The notes: generated by a model not told the origin, from the sequence alone. A DNA stretch of 32,000 bases from Dickeya solani IPO 2222 (GCF_001644705.1 NZ_CP015137.1:2940001-2972000), one strand, 5' to 3'; shown: positions 8,430 to 17,193, counted from the first letter of the stretch. Numbers and translations: made by a program.

Positions 8430-9956
8430 TTAGCGATTAGAGGTCGCAACCACCGGTTCCGGCGCGTTCTGTTGTAGGCCGAGCGGGTTATTGCCCCAGC
8501 ACTGTTCGTATTTCCAGCCGGTCAGTTCTTCGGCAACCGCGCGGGCTTCCGGTGGAACATCGGCAATCGCGCCGCCTGCTTTGATACGGGCGATTTCTTG
8601 CAGCAGAATCATATGATTCTTACGGTCCAGACGCATCTGGGTGCTGAAGTAGATCGCGACGATTGCCAGAGCAACCACGCCCAGTGAGAACACGCCCACA
8701 ATCGCCAGCACCGCGCTTTCCGGCTGGGCCGCTTTGCCGGATATGAATCCGAACTGGCTCAGAATCCAACCCATGGCGAAGACGATAACCGAACGCACCA
8801 TCTTGCCGGCGAAGGTCATGGCACCGGCGTAAATCCCTTCACGGCGACGGCCGGTCAGCACTTCATCCACATCCGCCAGGAAGGTGTAGACCGTCCAGGG
8901 AATGTAGTAGATACCGCCGGTGCTCAGACCGAAGACTGCGGTGATACCGAACAGGACGATGATGGTGGCAGTTTGAGACCAGCCAGTGAAATAGAGCGCT
9001 GCGTAGGCGATCACGCTGACAATAACCACCATCAGCGCCATGCGGTACGGGCGACCGAAGCCCATTTTCACGCAGATGCCGATGAAGATGAAGGTGGAGA
9101 TAAACTGCATAATCGAGCTGAAGCTGTTGAGCTGGGACACTACCGCGGTGCTCTGCTTCAGGCCGAATACGATGAAGTAGGTGAAGGCGGAAGCGAACAG
9201 CCATTCAGCGCCGAAACCGAACAGGTACATCCCGAGGTGCTTACGGAAAATACGCAGACGGAAAGTCGACGCCATGTCAACGCTGAGTTTTTTCAGCGAC
9301 TGCCACAGATTCTCAGTATGTTCGCGCGCTACTTCGCTCGGAGAACGTTCCCAGGAGGTGAAGTAGAGGGCGATCATCGCCGCACACATGATGAAGCCAT
9401 AAGCCAGACCGGTATAGAAGAACGGCGTAGCGGAGTCTTTACCGTAGATGCCGATGAACTGCCCCGGAATAAAGGCGGCCAGGAAGTTGGCGACCTTACC
9501 GAAGATGGCCTTGGAGCCGGTCAGTTTGGAGCGGACTTTGAAGTCGGTGGTCATCTCGGTGGCGAGTGTTTCGTACGGCACCATGATGGAGGTGTAAATC
9601 AGCTCGAAGACTACATAGGTCGACAGGTAGTACCAGAAGCTTAAACCGTCCATCCACAACATCGGGTAGACCAGCACCAGCGGGATACCGAGCAGGATGA
9701 AGAAGCGACGGCGACCAAAGAGGCGCCCGATGCGGGTATTGTAGAAGTTATCGCTGATGTAACCCATGATCGGGTTACTGATGGCGTCGATGACGCTGGC
9801 CACGGAGAAAATGGCAGCGGCCTCAACCAGAGACAATCCACAAAAGGTGGTATAAAAGTACATTAACCAGGCACCACTAATGGCTAAAGCGCCACTGCCT
9901 AGCAGGTTCGCGCTGCCGTAGCAGAGCGTGTGTTTCAACGTGATGGGTTTACTCAT
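8430..9956 (-). CDS. Glycoside-pentoside-hexuronide (GPH) family cation symporter, possibly oligogalacturonide type (TogT/YicJ-like)
   Basis: 12-TM-type ORF. The N-terminal SVIDAISNPIMGYISD matches the GPH D-x-x-S-x-P-x-x-G-x-x-x-D motif. I prefer the start at MSKPITL (ATG 9956) over the upstream ATG 9974. A KdgR-type box lies 20 nt upstream. Confidence 0.82.
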   Translation of the reverse strand: MSKPITLKHTLCYGSANLLGSGALAISGAWLMYFYTTFCGLSLVEAAAIFSVASVIDAISNPIMGYISDNFYNTRIGRLFGRRRFFILLGIPLVLVYPMLWMDGLSFWYYLSTYVVFELIYTSIMVPYETLATEMTTDFKVRSKLTGSKAIFGKVANFLAAFIPGQFIGIYGKDSATPFFYTGLAYGFIMCAAMIALYFTSWERSPSEVAREHTENLWQSLKKLSVDMASTFRLRIFRKHLGMYLFGFGAEWLFASAFTYFIVFGLKQSTAVVSQLNSFSSIMQFISTFIFIGICVKMGFGRPYRMALMVVIVSVIAYAALYFTGWSQTATIIVLFGITAVFGLSTGGIYYIPWTVYTFLADVDEVLTGRRREGIYAGAMTFAGKMVRSVIVFAMGWILSQFGFISGKAAQPESAVLAIVGVFSLGVVALAIVAIYFSTQMRLDRKNHMILLQEIARIKAGGAIADVPPEARAVAEELTGWKYEQCWGNNPLGLQQNAPEPVVATSNR

Positions 9957-9975
9957 TATCAATTCGCCTAACAAT

Positions 9976-9994
9976 ATTAAAACATTATTTCATT
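9976..9994. promoter_or_regulatory. KdgR-type operator candidate
   Basis: ATTAAAACATTATTTCATT matches AATRAAAYRNYRTTTYATT (the KdgR box as I recall it from Erwinia chrysanthemi work) at 18 of 19 positions. It overlaps a perfect 7-1-7 palindrome TTCATTTGAAATGAA at 9989-10003. Confidence 0.55.
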
Positions 9995-10168
9995 TGAAAT
10001 GAACTTATGTTCTTATCATTTGCCTGTTCGAGATAAAAGTAAACTAGCCATCCCACTCCCGGCTGCTTTTAATAGGAATCTGTCAGGGAGATCATGAAAT
10101 AAGTTTTTTTAATTTGATCACAGATATTGACCGGTAAAACGCGATGTTTGCCGGTTGACATCATTTTT

Positions 10169-10185
10169 TTATCGTAAAACGATAA
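10169..10185. promoter_or_regulatory. Perfect palindrome TTATCGT-AAA-ACGATAA in the divergent intergenic region
   Basis: A 7-bp inverted repeat with a 3-bp spacer, just downstream of a TTGACA hexamer (10155-10160). The binding protein is unknown. Confidence 0.3.
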
Positions 10186-10339
10186 AACTTATTGGTGGCG
10201 GGAGCGATAGCGTCGGGGAGAGTGGTGAAACTATCAACGTTATTTCGCAATGCCGGCTCGCAAAAATCAAGAATAATTGTAAAAAATAGCGATGAACTGT
10301 GACCGGCTTGTGATCCTGTGGGGAATGCACCACGCAAAG

Positions 10340-10355
10340 TGTGATTTATCTCACG
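10340..10355. promoter_or_regulatory. CRP-like site TGTGA-N6-TCACG
   Basis: TGTGATTTATCTCACG matches TGTGA-N6-TCACA at 9 of 10 core positions. It is centred about 62 nt upstream of the XRE gene ATG and about 25 nt upstream of a TATTTT -10-like hexamer. Confidence 0.45.
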
Positions 10356-10409
10356 GCACCAGACAGTGTATTTTATCGGGTCATGAGTGAATTGTTGGTA
10401 AGACGGGTT

Positions 10410-10619
10410 ATGCCAATCATTATCAGACTGGATGTGCTACTGGCACAAAAAAAGATGAAGTCCCGCGAGCTGGCGAGGTTGATCGGCATTACTGAACAGA
10501 ATCTTTCATTGCTGAAATCCGGCAAGGTGAAAAGCATCCGGTTCGATACATTGCAGAGAATATGCGAGGTGTTGGCTTGTCAGCCCGGCGATGTGCTGGA
10601 GTATTTGCCGGAAGAGTGA
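10410..10619 (+). CDS. Small XRE/Cro-type helix-turn-helix transcriptional regulator (YozG-like, 69 aa)
   Basis: MPIIIRLDVLLAQKKMKSRELARLIGITEQNLSLLKSGKVKSIRFDTLQRICEVLACQPGDVLEY is the characteristic full-length pattern of this short HTH family. I prefer ATG 10410 over the ORF-track start at 10341. Confidence 0.8.
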   Translation: MPIIIRLDVLLAQKKMKSRELARLIGITEQNLSLLKSGKVKSIRFDTLQRICEVLACQPGDVLEYLPEE

Positions 10620-10689
10620 AGGTCGGTCGCTCCTGAGAATCGGAGTCGGCCGTGCAGGCATCACACAGCTGGCAGACGGCATCTGAACA

Positions 10690-10728
10690 CGCCGCGCTCT
10701 GGGTTTCTTTCCTGAGCGCGGCGTTTTT
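10690..10728 (+). terminator. Rho-independent terminator downstream of the XRE gene
   Basis: CGCCGCGCTC (10690-10699) pairs perfectly with GAGCGCGGCG (10714-10723), followed by TTTTT. Confidence 0.7.
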
Positions 10729-10800
10729 GCATGGCGTTAGCGCCGTGTGACATGTGATATGACACGGCACAGCACGACACGGAGCAGCGCACTACGCCGA

Positions 10801-12297
10801 TCAGTCGTTGAATAACGCCGCAACGGTTGCTTTGGCGCCGTTGTCGCGCAGCGAGAGATAGGCGTCGGTCAGCGCCGCCACCCACGTCGCGTTGCCGGGC
10901 AGGTCATCGCCAAACAGCGCGCTGATGGACAGCAAACCGCGGACCCGTTCAGCATCATCATGGGTAGTGCTGACGACCTGCTGCAACGTGGTGGCCAGCG
11001 GATCGCGGATATCGATCGTCTGACCGGCGTCGTCGATGCCGCCGACGTAACGCATCCAGCCCGCTACGCCCAGCGTCAGGGCGCGGTGGTCGCTGCCGCG
11101 TGCCAGATGCCAGCGCAGCGACGCCAGCATACGCTGGGGCAGTTTCTGGCTGCCGTCCATCGCAATCTGCCAGGTGCGGTGTTTCAGCGCCGGGTTGGAA
11201 AAACGTTCAAGCAATTGATCAGCATAGGCGGTTAAGTCCACGCCGGATACATGCAGGGTCGGCGCCTGTTCTTGCAACATCAGGTGGCGCACCGCCCGCC
11301 GGTAGCTGGGGTCATCCATACTGTTGTTGATATGCTCGTAGCCCGCCAGATAACCGAGGTAGGCCAGGAAAGAGTGGCTGCCGTTAAGCATGCGCAGCTT
11401 CATCTCTTCAAACGGCAGCACGTCATCCACCAGTTGGGCACCCGCCAGTTCCCAGTCGGGGCGACCGGCGACGAAGCTGTCTTCCACCACCCACTGAATA
11501 AACGGTTCGCAGGCGATGCCGCACGGGTCCGCCACACCAACGGCGTCGGCGATTTGATTCAGCGTTTCCGGCGTGGCGGCCGGTACGATTCGGTCCACCA
11601 TGGTGTTGGGGAAGGTGACATGCTGCGCGATCCAGTCCGCCAGCGCGGGGTCCTGCAGGCGCGCGGCGTCCACCACGACTTGTCGGGTGACTTTGCCGTT
11701 TTCCGGCACGTTGTCGCAGGACAGCACGGAGAAGGGCACGATGCCCCGTTCACGACGCAGGCGCAGCGCTTCGGCCAACAATCCCGGCACCGACGAGGGC
11801 TGGCGAGGGTGGGCCAGATCCTGCTGCACCAGCGGGTTGTCCCGGTCGAGCTCTCCTTTGCTGCCTGCGCGGCAGTAGCCTTTCTCGGTGATAGTCAGCG
11901 AGACGATCGCGACGATCGGGTCCGCCAGTTGTTTCAGAATCGCCGCGATCCCTTCCACGCGGGCGTGCAGCGACTTGCAGACCGCGCCAACCACGATCGC
12001 CTGATTGCCGTGGGCGGCTTTCTCCAGCACGGTAAATCGGTGATCCTGACGGCGCAGGGCGGAAATCAGGGTATCGTCGCTGAACAACACCACTTCGCAA
12101 ATCCCCCAGTCGCCGCCCTGACGGTTGAGCACCCGATCGGTCAGCAGCGCCTGATGCGCGCGATGAAACGCGCCGAAGCCGATGTGTACGATACGGGGTT
12201 TCAACGACTGACGGTCGTAACGGGGTTGTTGCACGGCGGCGGGCAGCACCGTGTTGGACAGATTTTTTTCGTTGCCGGACAGACTGTTACTGGACAT
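10801..12297 (-). CDS. Mannitol dehydrogenase family oxidoreductase, fructuronate reductase-like (UxuB/YeiQ/YdfI paralogue group)
   Basis: 498 aa. RIVHIGFGAFHRAHQALLTD...DWGICEV...IVSLTITEKGYC aligns with E. coli UxuB as I recall it (RIVHLGCGAFHRAHQALYT...DWGICEV...IVSLTVTEKGYC). No uxuA is adjacent, so exact orthology is unresolved. Confidence 0.85.
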   Translation of the reverse strand: MSSNSLSGNEKNLSNTVLPAAVQQPRYDRQSLKPRIVHIGFGAFHRAHQALLTDRVLNRQGGDWGICEVVLFSDDTLISALRRQDHRFTVLEKAAHGNQAIVVGAVCKSLHARVEGIAAILKQLADPIVAIVSLTITEKGYCRAGSKGELDRDNPLVQQDLAHPRQPSSVPGLLAEALRLRRERGIVPFSVLSCDNVPENGKVTRQVVVDAARLQDPALADWIAQHVTFPNTMVDRIVPAATPETLNQIADAVGVADPCGIACEPFIQWVVEDSFVAGRPDWELAGAQLVDDVLPFEEMKLRMLNGSHSFLAYLGYLAGYEHINNSMDDPSYRRAVRHLMLQEQAPTLHVSGVDLTAYADQLLERFSNPALKHRTWQIAMDGSQKLPQRMLASLRWHLARGSDHRALTLGVAGWMRYVGGIDDAGQTIDIRDPLATTLQQVVSTTHDDAERVRGLLSISALFGDDLPGNATWVAALTDAYLSLRDNGAKATVAALFND

Positions 12298-12310
12298 AGA
12301 TGGCGTCCTG

Positions 12311-12358
12311 AAAAGAGAAATTTAACCGCCCAACCTTAGCGGTCTTTCGGGTGGGCGG
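12311..12358 (-). terminator. Terminator-like hairpin after the MFS efflux gene, abutting the RBS of the reductase gene
   Basis: On the minus strand CCGCCCACCC pairs with GGTTGGGCGG (9 of 10 positions, 13-nt loop), followed by TTAAATTTCTCTTTT. The AGGA RBS and the ATG at 12297 follow immediately. Confidence 0.5.
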
Positions 12359-12397
12359 CAACTGTCATATGGCGTGTTCTGAAGCCGGTTCGCAGAA

Positions 12398-14002
12398 TCA
12401 TGCCGGCGTCTTCGCCGCATTGGGCGGCGGCGTTGGGTTCAGCACCGGACGCGGCCGGATAAACCAGGCGGGCAATATCGCCAGAAAAAAGAACATCGCC
12501 ACCATGAAAAAGCCATCCTGATAGGCGAACATCTGCGCTTTGGGCGCCAGCACCGACTCCAGGTAGGTCATGATGCCGGGGTTGATGCTGGTGCTAAGCG
12601 GGTCGCCGAGCGGATTGCCGCCGTTACCGAACAGCAGGCTGAGCTGGCGGATGGCGTCGGTGCTGCGGATATTGTCCAGCGTCAGCGACTGCGCCAGCAT
12701 CTGGCCGTGGAAGGTGGCGCGCCGTTCGATAAATACCGACAGCAGGTTGACCCCCATCGCGCCGCCCAACTGACGGACGAAATTGAGGCTGCCTGCGCCC
12801 TGCGCCAGTTGAGCGTGCGGCAGCGCCCGCAGCGCGCCGGCGTTCATGGCGGGCAGCATCACCCCGAGTCCGACGCGGCCGATGACAATCCACCAGGCCA
12901 TGGTCCAGAACGGCGTATCGGTGTCCGCCGCGCTGGACAGCCAGCAGGACAGCCCGAATAGCAGCAAACCCGCAATCACCAGCAGGTGGGGTTTGAGCTT
13001 GTCGCTGAGCGACCCCGCCAGCGGAAATACCATGCCGAGCGCCAGCCCCGCCGGCATCAGCAGCAGGCCGGAGCGGGTTGGGGTGTATCCCTGAATGCTC
13101 TGCACAAACAGCGGGATGATATACGTCGAGCCATAGATACCCGCGCCCAGCGCGAACGCCACGATACAGCCGGAGGTAAACGCCGGGTTGGCGAACACCC
13201 GCAGGCTGAGCAGAGGGTACGGCGTGGTAAATTCGCGGATGATGAACGCCAGCGTGGCGATCACGGCGGTGGTCAGCAGGCAGAGAATGAAGAACGATTC
13301 CCAACCTTCGCGCTGCCCGTTGGACAGCCCGGCCAGCAGCGAGGTCAGCGCCGTTACCAGCAGAATAAACCCCAGGGTGTCGAAACGCCGGGGTGTGCTG
13401 TCGGTTTGTGCGCTTTTAGCCGGCAGGATCACCAGCGCGGCGGCGATCCCGGCCAGACAGAACGGCACCACGACCATGAAGACCGCGCGCCAGTCGAGCT
13501 GATCGACCATCAGCCCGCCGGCGGCCGGCCCCAGCGCTGGCGCCAGCACCACCCCGACGCCATAAATACCCATGGCCTTGCCGCGCTCCGATACCGGAAA
13601 CACCTGCGAGATGATGATCATCGCCAGCGGCTGGATGACGCCGCTGGCGCCGCCCTGAAGAATACGGGCGAGGATCACCTCGGCGCTGCTCTGGCTGAAG
13701 GTGCCGAGCAGGCTACCGGCGATGAACACCGCCAGTGAGCCGACATAGGTGGCGCGGTAGCCAAAGCGCTCCAGCATCCAGGCGGTGATCAGCATGGTGG
13801 CGGTCATGGAGGCCAGAAAGGCGGTGGAAAGCCATTGCGCCTGATCCTGACCCATGCCGAAGGCGCCCATAATGTCACGCATCGCCACATTGACGATGGT
13901 CGCCGTAGCCGTGGTGGCGATGGTGCCCAGCATGATGGTGACCGTCGCCAGCCAGCGATAGCGGTGACCGAAGCGGGCGGCCTGGGCTTCAATCGGCGAC
14001 AT
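12398..14002 (-). CDS. MFS multidrug efflux permease, DHA2 / EmrB-QacA type (14-TMS class)
   Basis: 534-aa polytopic ORF with an EmrB-like N terminus (WLATVTIMLGTIATTATATIVNVAMRDIMGAF...QWLSTAFL). It overlaps the upstream HlyD-family gene by 14 nt. Confidence 0.88.
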   Translation of the reverse strand: MSPIEAQAARFGHRYRWLATVTIMLGTIATTATATIVNVAMRDIMGAFGMGQDQAQWLSTAFLASMTATMLITAWMLERFGYRATYVGSLAVFIAGSLLGTFSQSSAEVILARILQGGASGVIQPLAMIIISQVFPVSERGKAMGIYGVGVVLAPALGPAAGGLMVDQLDWRAVFMVVVPFCLAGIAAALVILPAKSAQTDSTPRRFDTLGFILLVTALTSLLAGLSNGQREGWESFFILCLLTTAVIATLAFIIREFTTPYPLLSLRVFANPAFTSGCIVAFALGAGIYGSTYIIPLFVQSIQGYTPTRSGLLLMPAGLALGMVFPLAGSLSDKLKPHLLVIAGLLLFGLSCWLSSAADTDTPFWTMAWWIVIGRVGLGVMLPAMNAGALRALPHAQLAQGAGSLNFVRQLGGAMGVNLLSVFIERRATFHGQMLAQSLTLDNIRSTDAIRQLSLLFGNGGNPLGDPLSTSINPGIMTYLESVLAPKAQMFAYQDGFFMVAMFFFLAILPAWFIRPRPVLNPTPPPNAAKTPA

Positions 14003-15125
14003 TGATGCTGACTTCCGCCATCAGGCCCGGCTTCAGGCCGTTGTCCGGGCTGTCGTTTTCCGGATTGTCCAGCGCGATACGCACCGGTACGCGCTGGGTA
14101 ATTTTGGTGAAGTTGCCGGACGGATTCGGGCTCGGCAACAGCGCAAACTGGTTAGTGGCCGCATTGCCGACCCGGATCACATGACCGTTGAAATGTTTGT
14201 CCGGGTAGGCATCCACCTGAATATCCACTTTTTGACCGATCCGGACCCGGCCGATGGCGGTCTCCTTGATGTTGGCTTCGACCCACAGATTGCGCGGATC
14301 GTGGACCAGCATGATCCACTGTCCGGCCTGCACGTAACTGCCCACATTCACAATGGTGCGATCCACCACGCCATCCACCGGAGAACGCAACGCCCGGTCG
14401 GCGATTTCCTGTTTGAGCTGATCCACCTGCGCCTGCAACGCGATTCGCTGCTGGCGCTGCATCTCGATCTGCCGGTCCAACACCTGCAACGTGTTGCGCT
14501 GCGCCACGGCGTTGTTCAACGCCGCCTGCTGGGCGTGGCGTTGCGCTTCGGCTTCCCGTAATTCGCTCTGACGCTGCAGCAGCGTGGTGTGGGACTCATC
14601 CCAGGTTTTGCGGGCGGTCAGGTTGCTTTTCAACAACTGATCGTCGCGCTGGAAGTTATTCTGCGCCAGGCTGAGCTGGTAGCCGGCGTTGTTAACGGCG
14701 GATTCGCTCGACGCCAGTTTCGCCTGCGCTTCATCCAGCGAAGCCTGCGTGGTGAGATCGGTGACCTGACGTTGTGTCTGGCTATAGCTGATTTGAGCAT
14801 CGGCGGCGGCCAGATTGCCTTCCTGCTCCGCCAGCCGCAAACGGGCGTCGCGATCGTCGATCTGCGCCAGCAATTGGTCTTTATGGATGGCGTCGCCGTC
14901 AATAACGGGGCGGGCGGTCACCCAGCCGCTTTCCCGGCTGGCCAGCGAGATTACTTCGCCCATGACGCGGGCGTCGGTTTCGCCGATATGTGTGAAACGC
15001 TGATGAAACCAGTACGCCAGTACCATCACCGCCAGCAACAGCAAGGCGGCGCCAGCCAGTAAAAAGGTACGCTGGCGTTGGCTCATACGCCGGAACCCCG
15101 CCAGTTTGGATGCGTGAGTATTCAT
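13989..15125 (-). CDS. HlyD-family membrane fusion protein (EmrA-like)
   Basis: 378 aa with an N-terminal anchor (FLLAGAALLLLAVMVLAYW), a long Q/A/L-rich coiled-coil middle and a beta-barrel C terminus. The ATGA overlap with the MarR gene stop marks an operon. Confidence 0.88.
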   Translation of the reverse strand: MNTHASKLAGFRRMSQRQRTFLLAGAALLLLAVMVLAYWFHQRFTHIGETDARVMGEVISLASRESGWVTARPVIDGDAIHKDQLLAQIDDRDARLRLAEQEGNLAAADAQISYSQTQRQVTDLTTQASLDEAQAKLASSESAVNNAGYQLSLAQNNFQRDDQLLKSNLTARKTWDESHTTLLQRQSELREAEAQRHAQQAALNNAVAQRNTLQVLDRQIEMQRQQRIALQAQVDQLKQEIADRALRSPVDGVVDRTIVNVGSYVQAGQWIMLVHDPRNLWVEANIKETAIGRVRIGQKVDIQVDAYPDKHFNGHVIRVGNAATNQFALLPSPNPSGNFTKITQRVPVRIALDNPENDSPDNGLKPGLMAEVSINVAD

Positions 15126-15589
15126 GAGTGACCGTTTTCGGTTCGGGAGAGATTGCTGATAACCTGATTGATGACCCGGCTGACCTGTTCAATATCCTGT
15201 TCCGACACCCCGGCCAGCGCCTGATTACGCACCTGCCCGGCGATGGACTCCACCTTCTCCACCAACTCAAGTCCGAGCGCGGTGAGATGAATCTCGCGAA
15301 AACGACGATCGTTGCCTTCACGTCTTTCGATAAATCCCTGTTTTTGCAGACTATCTAGTACCCGCACCACCGCAGAAGCGTCCAGCCCCAGCGATTCAGC
15401 CAGCGCTTTCTGGTGGATGGGCGTTTCTTCGCGGGCGATGAACAGCAGCGGCAGCCAGGTAGCCTGAGTCAGTCCATACGGTTGCAATTCCCGATCGATG
15501 ACCCGGCGCCACAAGCGGGAGGTCTGGCCCAACTGGAGGGCGAAGCGCCGACGGGCGGAAGATTCGGTCTGTGACATGATGAAATCCAT
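15122..15589 (-). CDS. MarR family transcriptional regulator (EmrR/MprA-like)
   Basis: 155 aa. The winged-HTH pattern LTQATWLPLLFIAREETPIHQKALAESLGLDASAVVRVLDSLQKQGFIERREGNDRR is typical of MarR. The start is ambiguous (ATG 15589 or 15577). Confidence 0.85.
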   Translation of the reverse strand: MDFIMSQTESSARRRFALQLGQTSRLWRRVIDRELQPYGLTQATWLPLLFIAREETPIHQKALAESLGLDASAVVRVLDSLQKQGFIERREGNDRRFREIHLTALGLELVEKVESIAGQVRNQALAGVSEQDIEQVSRVINQVISNLSRTENGHS

Positions 15590-15606
15590 GGGATAAATGA
15601 AATGCT

Positions 15607-15638
15607 ATTAGTTAACAAGTCAACTAATGACAAGTCAA
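15607..15638. promoter_or_regulatory. Probable MarR operator: inverted repeat ATTAGTT-N8-AACTAAT plus direct repeat ACAAGTCAA x2
   Basis: A perfect 7-bp inverted repeat (15607-15613 / 15622-15628) lies 18 nt upstream of the MarR gene. ACAAGTCAA occurs at 15615-15623 and again at 15630-15638. Confidence 0.5.
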
Positions 15639-15802
15639 TTTATTTTGTGAAGTGAATCATAAACAGCAGTGCAACAGGCCGCTGATGCAAATCACGTCTC
15701 ACACACCGGCGTAGAGAGACGGTTTTCTCAATCACTGCGGGTGACAGTAAGGCCATGATTATAAGGCGGGGTGAAATAGGCTATATGAAGGAGAAGAACC
15801 GA

Positions 15803-15836
15803 ACGAAAAACAAACAGGGCAGCCTAAGCTGCCCTG
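15803..15836 (-). terminator. Rho-independent terminator of the L,D-transpeptidase gene
   Basis: On the minus strand CAGGGCAGC-TTAG-GCTGCCCTG (a perfect 9-bp stem) is followed by TTTGTTTTTCGTT. Confidence 0.8.
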
Positions 15837-15863
15837 TGAACAGGATTAAAATCCGGGGATCGA

Positions 15864-16967
15864 TCAGGATTTGCTGGCGTCAGTCGCCGCAGCGGCTGCC
15901 GGCGCGGCGTCGGTGATCGTCGGCTGAGCCTGAGGCGCCGCCGGTTGTGCATTATCCGGCGTTGCCGGCGTGTTGGTCTGCTGGATGACCGGCACCTGCG
16001 GGGCCGCAGGTACGGCTGGCTCGATCGGCGCGACGTTTTCCGCCGGACCGTTCACTTTCGTCGGCATACCGATGCGATTTTGCAGCGCCTGATTCACCGT
16101 GCTTTCACTCACACTGGCGTCCGCCACTACCTTGGCCACCGCCTGGGTCAGCTTCAGCGGAGCCGGCGTGTCAGAGTTGAACTCTTCCTCGGTGCGGGAC
16201 AACGGGTTGTGAACTTCGACATAACGTGAACCATCCGGTTCTACGGTGGCTTTCACCGGCTCGTTGATGAACTGAACGCGGGTGCCGACCGGAACATGGT
16301 CGAACAGGTATTTGATGTCTTTGTCGCGCAGACGCACGCAACCGTGGCTGACGCGCAGGCCGATGCCGAAGTTGGCGTTGGTGCCGTGGATGGCGTACAG
16401 GTTGCCGATGTAGAGCGCGTACAGGCCCATCGGGTTATCCGGGCCGGCCGGGTAGACCTGAGGCAGGAATTCACCGCGGGCGGCGTATTCTGCGTGCATG
16501 GCGGCGGTCGGCGTCCAGGTCGGGCGCTCTTTCTTGCGCTGAACCGAAGTCACCCAGTTGATCGGAGTGTCTTTACCGAGCTGGCCGATGCCGATAGGCA
16601 GCACCACCACGGTTTTGGAACCTTTCGGGTAGTAATACAGACGCATTTCGGCACTGTTGATCACAATGCCTTCGCGCGGTGCGTCAGGGAGAATCAGTTG
16701 CTGCGGCACGGTCATGGTACTGCCCGGTTTTGGCAGATAAACGTCAATGCCCGGGTTGGCTTCCAGCAGGTTGCTCAGGCCCATCTGGTACTGAGCGGCA
16801 AAGTGTTCCAGCGCATCGGTGCTATCGCTGGGAATAGTAACTTGGATATTTTCACCCACCAGCCGGCTATTCGGGGCTGGTAATGGATAAACCACGGCGT
16901 GTGCTGTCTGGCTGAAAGCAGCCGCCGCCACAACTAGTGTCAGGATCGCGCGAATACTCATTTTCAT
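15864..16967 (-). CDS. L,D-transpeptidase (YkuD domain, YbiS/ErfK/YcfS-like) with LysM-like N-terminal region and a Pro/Ala/Gln-rich C-terminal tail
   Basis: The signal peptide [24 protein letters not shown] sets the start at 16967. The catalytic region [25 protein letters not shown] and long stretches ([46 protein letters not shown]) closely match E. coli YbiS as I recall it. Confidence 0.9.
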   Translation of the reverse strand: MKMSIRAILTLVVAAAAFSQTAHAVVYPLPAPNSRLVGENIQVTIPSDSTDALEHFAAQYQMGLSNLLEANPGIDVYLPKPGSTMTVPQQLILPDAPREGIVINSAEMRLYYYPKGSKTVVVLPIGIGQLGKDTPINWVTSVQRKKERPTWTPTAAMHAEYAARGEFLPQVYPAGPDNPMGLYALYIGNLYAIHGTNANFGIGLRVSHGCVRLRDKDIKYLFDHVPVGTRVQFINEPVKATVEPDGSRYVEVHNPLSRTEEEFNSDTPAPLKLTQAVAKVVADASVSESTVNQALQNRIGMPTKVNGPAENVAPIEPAVPAAPQVPVIQQTNTPATPDNAQPAAPQAQPTITDAAPAAAAATDASKS

Positions 16968-17005
16968 ATCTTTGTTGAGTGTTAAAAGCCATTGCGGCAA
17001 AGGAA

Positions 17006-17027
17006 TTATTGTTATCCGGTACAATAA
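17006..17027. promoter_or_regulatory. Inverted repeat TTATTGT-N8-ACAATAA upstream of the L,D-transpeptidase gene
   Basis: A perfect 7-bp inverted repeat lies about 40-60 nt upstream of the ATG at 16967. Two perfect TATAAT hexamers occur on the minus strand further upstream (about 17041-17046 and 17090-17095). Confidence 0.3.
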
Positions 17028-17167
17028 AGTCCGGATGTGCATTATATGTGCAGAAGGGCGGCAGGAAAACCAGTTGTACAATCAATTACATTATAAGCGC
17101 CGGGCGTAGGGAAATAGGGCGACAAATAAAGGGGACGAATAGCATGACCGGCGTGCGCTGGAAAGAA

Positions 17168-17193
17168 TCAGGGAGCGGTTTCCCGCTCCCTGA
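17168..17193 (-). terminator. Rho-independent terminator of nifJ/ydbK
   Basis: TCAGGGAGCGG-(4-nt loop)-CCGCTCCCTGA is a perfect 11-bp stem 19 nt after the stop. On the minus strand it is followed by TTCTTTCC. Confidence 0.7.

Noticed and set aside
8261-8449. A 62-aa ORF in the convergent intergenic region.
   Set aside because: It overlaps the 3' end of the transporter gene and reads straight through its terminator hairpin. It has no RBS and a Pro/His/Ser-rich, low-plausibility composition.
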